Source: a virus
Lineage: Duplodnaviria; Heunggongvirae; Uroviricota; Caudoviricetes
IMG/VR virus record: IMGVR_UViG_2718218127_000002
Coordinates: 1-20,534 of that record
Reading direction: 5' to 3' (one strand)
Length of the DNA stretch: 20,534 bases
Made by a program: the position numbers and the translations under genes. A model generated the notes under the pieces. That model did no database searches. It saw nothing but the letters and a program-made list of their open reading frames with translations, and was not told the origin of the DNA. Positions 17,499-20,534 of the stretch are shown piece by piece (the first letter of the stretch is position 1; each line of letters begins with the position of its first letter).

Positions 17499-18434
17499 AT
17501 GTCAACACATGAAATCACATTTCGCCATGTGGACGAAAAAAAGAAATCCTTAATCATGCAGAATCGCGGAGGGCAATCGGTTATAGATCGGATACTGAAA
17601 GCCTATGGTTTTTCTTCCCGACAAGCATTCTGTAATCACCTAGGTATATCGCAAAGTACAATGGCGAACAGGTATGCCCGTGACACTTTCCCTGCTGATT
17701 GGGTTGTTATCTGTAGCATGGAGACTGGAGTGCCGGTCGAGTGGTTGGCATTTGGCACTGATACCGAGAAGGGAAGCATTACAAATAATGCAGAAAAAAG
17801 TCACAACAATTGTGACAGCAAGCATCAACATCTCAATAGAGAACAAGACATCCAAAATGAGAACTCTTTTACTATTAACCAAGGTGGAAAAGCAGCAATA
17901 GAGCGAATCGTTTTGGCTTATGGATTTAAGACAAGACAAGCTTTAGCTGATCATATTGGTGTATCAAAAAGTACATTAGCCAATCGTTACATGAGAGATA
18001 CCTTTCCTGCTGACTGGATTATTCAATGCTCACTGGAAACCGGTGCTTCATTAACATGGCTAACCACTGGTAACGGGGCAATGTTTGAAAAGCCTCGAAA
18101 CGATACTATCACTATCCCATATCATAAAATAATTGATGGATCTCTTGCTCAAGAAACCTTCTTGACTTTTGACTCTAAGTTGTTAGAAGGAACCTTTCTG
18201 CAACCTTTAGCAGTATTCATTGATGAGGAAATATATATTGTAGAATCAAAATTTAATGAAGTTACTGATGGCAAGTGGCTTGTGAATATTGAAGGGAAAA
18301 TAAGTATCAAAGATTTGACTCGCATACCCGTTGGTATGGTTAAAGTTGTAGGCACTAACGCAAGTTTTGAATGCTTACTTACTGACATTATCGTTTTGGC
18401 AAAATGTAAAAGAGTTTTTACTAAAAATGTATAA
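17499..18434 (+). CDS. Immunity repressor with tandemly duplicated CI-type (phage 186 CI-like) N-terminal DNA-binding domain
   Basis: Two about 63-aa internal repeats (residues encoded at 17568-17756 and 17883-18074) share the pattern GG-x-IxRI-AYGF-RQA-HxG-S-ST-ANRY-RDTFPADW-CS-ETG-WL; divergent from cox. The region upstream of ATG 17499 in the track ORF looks non-coding. Confidence 0.6.
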   Translation: MSTHEITFRHVDEKKKSLIMQNRGGQSVIDRILKAYGFSSRQAFCNHLGISQSTMANRYARDTFPADWVVICSMETGVPVEWLAFGTDTEKGSITNNAEKSHNNCDSKHQHLNREQDIQNENSFTINQGGKAAIERIVLAYGFKTRQALADHIGVSKSTLANRYMRDTFPADWIIQCSLETGASLTWLTTGNGAMFEKPRNDTITIPYHKIIDGSLAQETFLTFDSKLLEGTFLQPLAVFIDEEIYIVESKFNEVTDGKWLVNIEGKISIKDLTRIPVGMVKVVGTNASFECLLTDIIVLAKCKRVFTKNV

Positions 18435-18445
18435 AGAGAAACATC

Positions 18446-19390
18446 ATGACTGAACCAACCAATAAAGATAGCGAAATAAAAAAACACCTATTAGAATTTC
18501 TTGATTCACAGTCTGAAAATATAGCAAAACACTTCTACTCTCATATAAAAGACTTAATAGAAGCAGGAGAGCTTTCTGAAGCTCATAATAACCTAGCGCT
18601 AATTGAAAAATACATAACTAGGCCACCGATGGATGAAGAACCCAATATAAATGAAAATAAAGCCAATAAAAGAAAAAATGTAAAATCACTTGAACCTAAT
18701 AATTATGTAGAACATATAATACAATTAGAAGAACGAAACAGCATATTAACTCTACAGTTAGAGCATTATACTCAGGATCTTAATAGAAAAAACGCAATAA
18801 TCGAAAACAACGTAAAACAAATTAATTCATTGATTAGTGAAAATAAGGAACTCCGTAGCCAAGTACAGCAACAAAGAATCGATGATAAAATCCCCACCTA
18901 TGTTAACGATGTTAAATCAGATCTTGGTAGTGATGACAAACATTTTATATTGATGTCTATTATCTGGTCTATTGCAGGGGTATTTTTTGGCTTCCTTGCA
19001 GTAGTATCTGCTTTTTTTACATTATACATGAACTTAGATTTAAAAAATCTCACTAACCTTCAGTTAATATATATCTTCACGCGAGGATTAGTTGGAATCG
19101 CCATTCTTTCATGGCTATCATATATCTGCCTTAGTAACTCAAAAAAGTACACACATGAATCGATCAGGCGAAAAGATCGTCGACATGCTTTGATGTTTGG
19201 TCAAGTTTTTTTGCAGATATACGGTTCTACAGCAACTAAAGAGGATGCAATAGAAGTCTTTAAGGATTGGAATATTTCAGGTGACTCTGCATTTTCAGGT
19301 CAGACAGAGCAACCACCGAGTTTTGCGTCATTTTTGAATACAATCAAAGACAAAGTTAAAGTAACTGGAAGTGATAAAGAAACAGATTAA
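18446..19390 (+). CDS. Hypothetical coiled-coil protein with two predicted transmembrane helices
   Basis: 314-aa AT-rich ORF 11 nt downstream of the repressor gene; heptad-like N-terminal region and two hydrophobic stretches (ILMSIIWSIAGVFFGFLAVVSAFF and GLVGIAILSWLSYICL). Confidence 0.65.
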   Translation: MTEPTNKDSEIKKHLLEFLDSQSENIAKHFYSHIKDLIEAGELSEAHNNLALIEKYITRPPMDEEPNINENKANKRKNVKSLEPNNYVEHIIQLEERNSILTLQLEHYTQDLNRKNAIIENNVKQINSLISENKELRSQVQQQRIDDKIPTYVNDVKSDLGSDDKHFILMSIIWSIAGVFFGFLAVVSAFFTLYMNLDLKNLTNLQLIYIFTRGLVGIAILSWLSYICLSNSKKYTHESIRRKDRRHALMFGQVFLQIYGSTATKEDAIEVFKDWNISGDSAFSGQTEQPPSFASFLNTIKDKVKVTGSDKETD

Positions 19391-19456
19391 TCATGAACAT
19401 GTATGCTACTAAGTAAAAAATACATTGAATACTGTTTTTATATACAGTTAAATTTA

Positions 19457-19480
19457 GCCCTCTGATATGAGGGCATTTTT
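19457..19480 (+). terminator. Hairpin plus T-run immediately upstream of int (terminator or translational control element)
   Basis: gccctc-tgatat-gagggc stem-loop followed by attttttat; the 3' arm GAGGG is also the int Shine-Dalgarno. Confidence 0.5.
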
Positions 19481-19481
19481 T

Positions 19482-20534
19482 ATGGCAGTACGAAAACTCA
19501 CCACAGGAAAATGGCTTTGCGAATGTTACCCCGCCGGACGTAGCGGACGCCGTGTGCGTAAACAATTCGCCACCAAAGGCGAAGCACTGGCCTTCGAGCG
19601 ATACACCATGGGGGAAATAGAAGCAAAACCCTGGCTGGGCGAATCAGTGGATCGTCGGACACTGAAAGATATGGTTGAGCTATGGTTCAAATTACATGGC
19701 AAATCTCTTACTGCCGGACAGCATGTCTACAACAAGCTGCTGTTGATGGTTGACGCCTTGGGAAATCCCCTTGCAACTGATCTCACCTCAAAAATGTTTG
19801 CTCACTATCGAGATAAACGCCTGACAGGCGAGATCTACTTCAGCGAGAAATGGAAGAAAGGAGCAAGCCCGGTCACCATTAACCTGGAGCAAAGCTATCT
19901 AAGTAGTGTTTTTAGCGAACTATCCCGTTTGGGCGGATGGTCGTATCCGAACCCACTGGAGAACATGCGAAAATTCACCATCGCAGAAAAAGAGATGGCA
20001 TGGCTTACCCATGAGCAGATTGTTGAATTGCTGGCTGATTGCAAACGTCAGGACCCAATTCTGGCACTGGTAGTTAAGATATGCTTAAGCACAGGCGCAC
20101 GCTGGCGTGAAGCCGTAAATCTTACCCGCTCACAGGTGACCAAATACCGAATTACCTTTGTCAGAACGAAGGGGAAGAAAAACAGAAGCATCCCTATCAG
20201 TAAAGAGCTTTACGAAGAGATCATGGCGCTCGATGGGTTCAATTTCTTCACAGACTGCTATTTTCAATTTTTATCCGTGATGGAAAAAACGTCTATCGTG
20301 CTCCCTCGCGGTCAACTCACACACGTTCTGCGCCATACGTTTGCAGCGCACTTCATGATGTCGGGTGGAAACATTCTGGCCTTACAAAAAATTCTCGGAC
20401 ACCACGATATAAAAATGACTATGCGTTACGCACATCTGGCACCGGATCATCTGGAAACGGCGCTCCGTTTCAATCCTCTGGCAACGCTGCCAAGTGGCGA
20501 CAAAGTGGCGGCAGCGGTTGGCATTACCCCGTAA
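19482..20534 (+). CDS. int: Tyrosine integrase (P2 Int-like)
   Basis: 350 aa from ATG 19482 (MAVRKLTTGKW, like the P2 Int N-terminus MAIKKLDDGRY from memory); catalytic motifs TGARWRE, HVLRHTF and MRYAHL. Confidence 0.85.
   Translation: MAVRKLTTGKWLCECYPAGRSGRRVRKQFATKGEALAFERYTMGEIEAKPWLGESVDRRTLKDMVELWFKLHGKSLTAGQHVYNKLLLMVDALGNPLATDLTSKMFAHYRDKRLTGEIYFSEKWKKGASPVTINLEQSYLSSVFSELSRLGGWSYPNPLENMRKFTIAEKEMAWLTHEQIVELLADCKRQDPILALVVKICLSTGARWREAVNLTRSQVTKYRITFVRTKGKKNRSIPISKELYEEIMALDGFNFFTDCYFQFLSVMEKTSIVLPRGQLTHVLRHTFAAHFMMSGGNILALQKILGHHDIKMTMRYAHLAPDHLETALRFNPLATLPSGDKVAAAVGITP
20495..20516. repeat. Putative att core copy (int-proximal)
   Basis: tggcgacaaagtggcggcagcg, 21/22 identical to 2834-2855; lies within the last 13 codons of int. 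Confidence 0.45.

Larger units (their letters stand above)
2834..20534. mobile_element. Defective P2/186-like prophage (deletion derivative), ogr end at left, int end at right
   Basis: Gene content and order ogr-D-U-T ... P'-Q ... A-B-cox-C-int typical of P2-like phages; bounded by 22-bp direct repeats; morphogenetic block between P and T absent. Confidence 0.8.

Noticed and set aside
1-20534. Search for CRISPR arrays, tRNA/rRNA genes, IS elements or transposases
   Set aside because: No regularly spaced direct repeats, no tRNA-like sequence at either prophage end, and no transposase-like ORF seen; the prophage deletion junction shows no IS-like terminal inverted repeats.

Overview
The window holds an Escherichia/Shigella-type chromosomal segment (grxA, ybjM, ybjL; window is reverse-complemented relative to my memory of K-12 gene order) followed by a defective P2/186-like prophage of about 17.7 kb (about 2834 to the window end). 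The prophage is bounded by a 22-bp direct repeat (21/22 identical) at 2834-2855 and 20495-20516. It keeps ogr, D, U, T (minus strand), a 5'-truncated terminase gene P fused directly upstream of T, portal Q, the replication/early block (A, Dam-like methyltransferase, TraR/DksA-like zinc finger, small ORFs, B-like, cox) and a lysogeny block (C-type repressor, a membrane protein, int). The whole capsid/lysis/baseplate/tail-fibre/sheath/tube block that P2 carries between P and T is missing. The most interesting region is the AT-rich cargo between Q and A (about 9530-12300), which sits where P2 carries old/tin. It encodes a TIR-domain protein (270 aa) and a 389-aa protein with an R-N-x3-H (HEPN-like) motif, separated by a GC-richer backbone segment carrying a cos-like sequence; I propose this as a candidate, possibly undescribed, anti-phage locus. 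A second AT-rich module encodes a repressor with a tandemly duplicated CI-type DNA-binding domain plus a 314-aa coiled-coil/two-TM protein between repressor and integrase. All homology statements come from reading the translations and from memory of the protein families; no database search was run.
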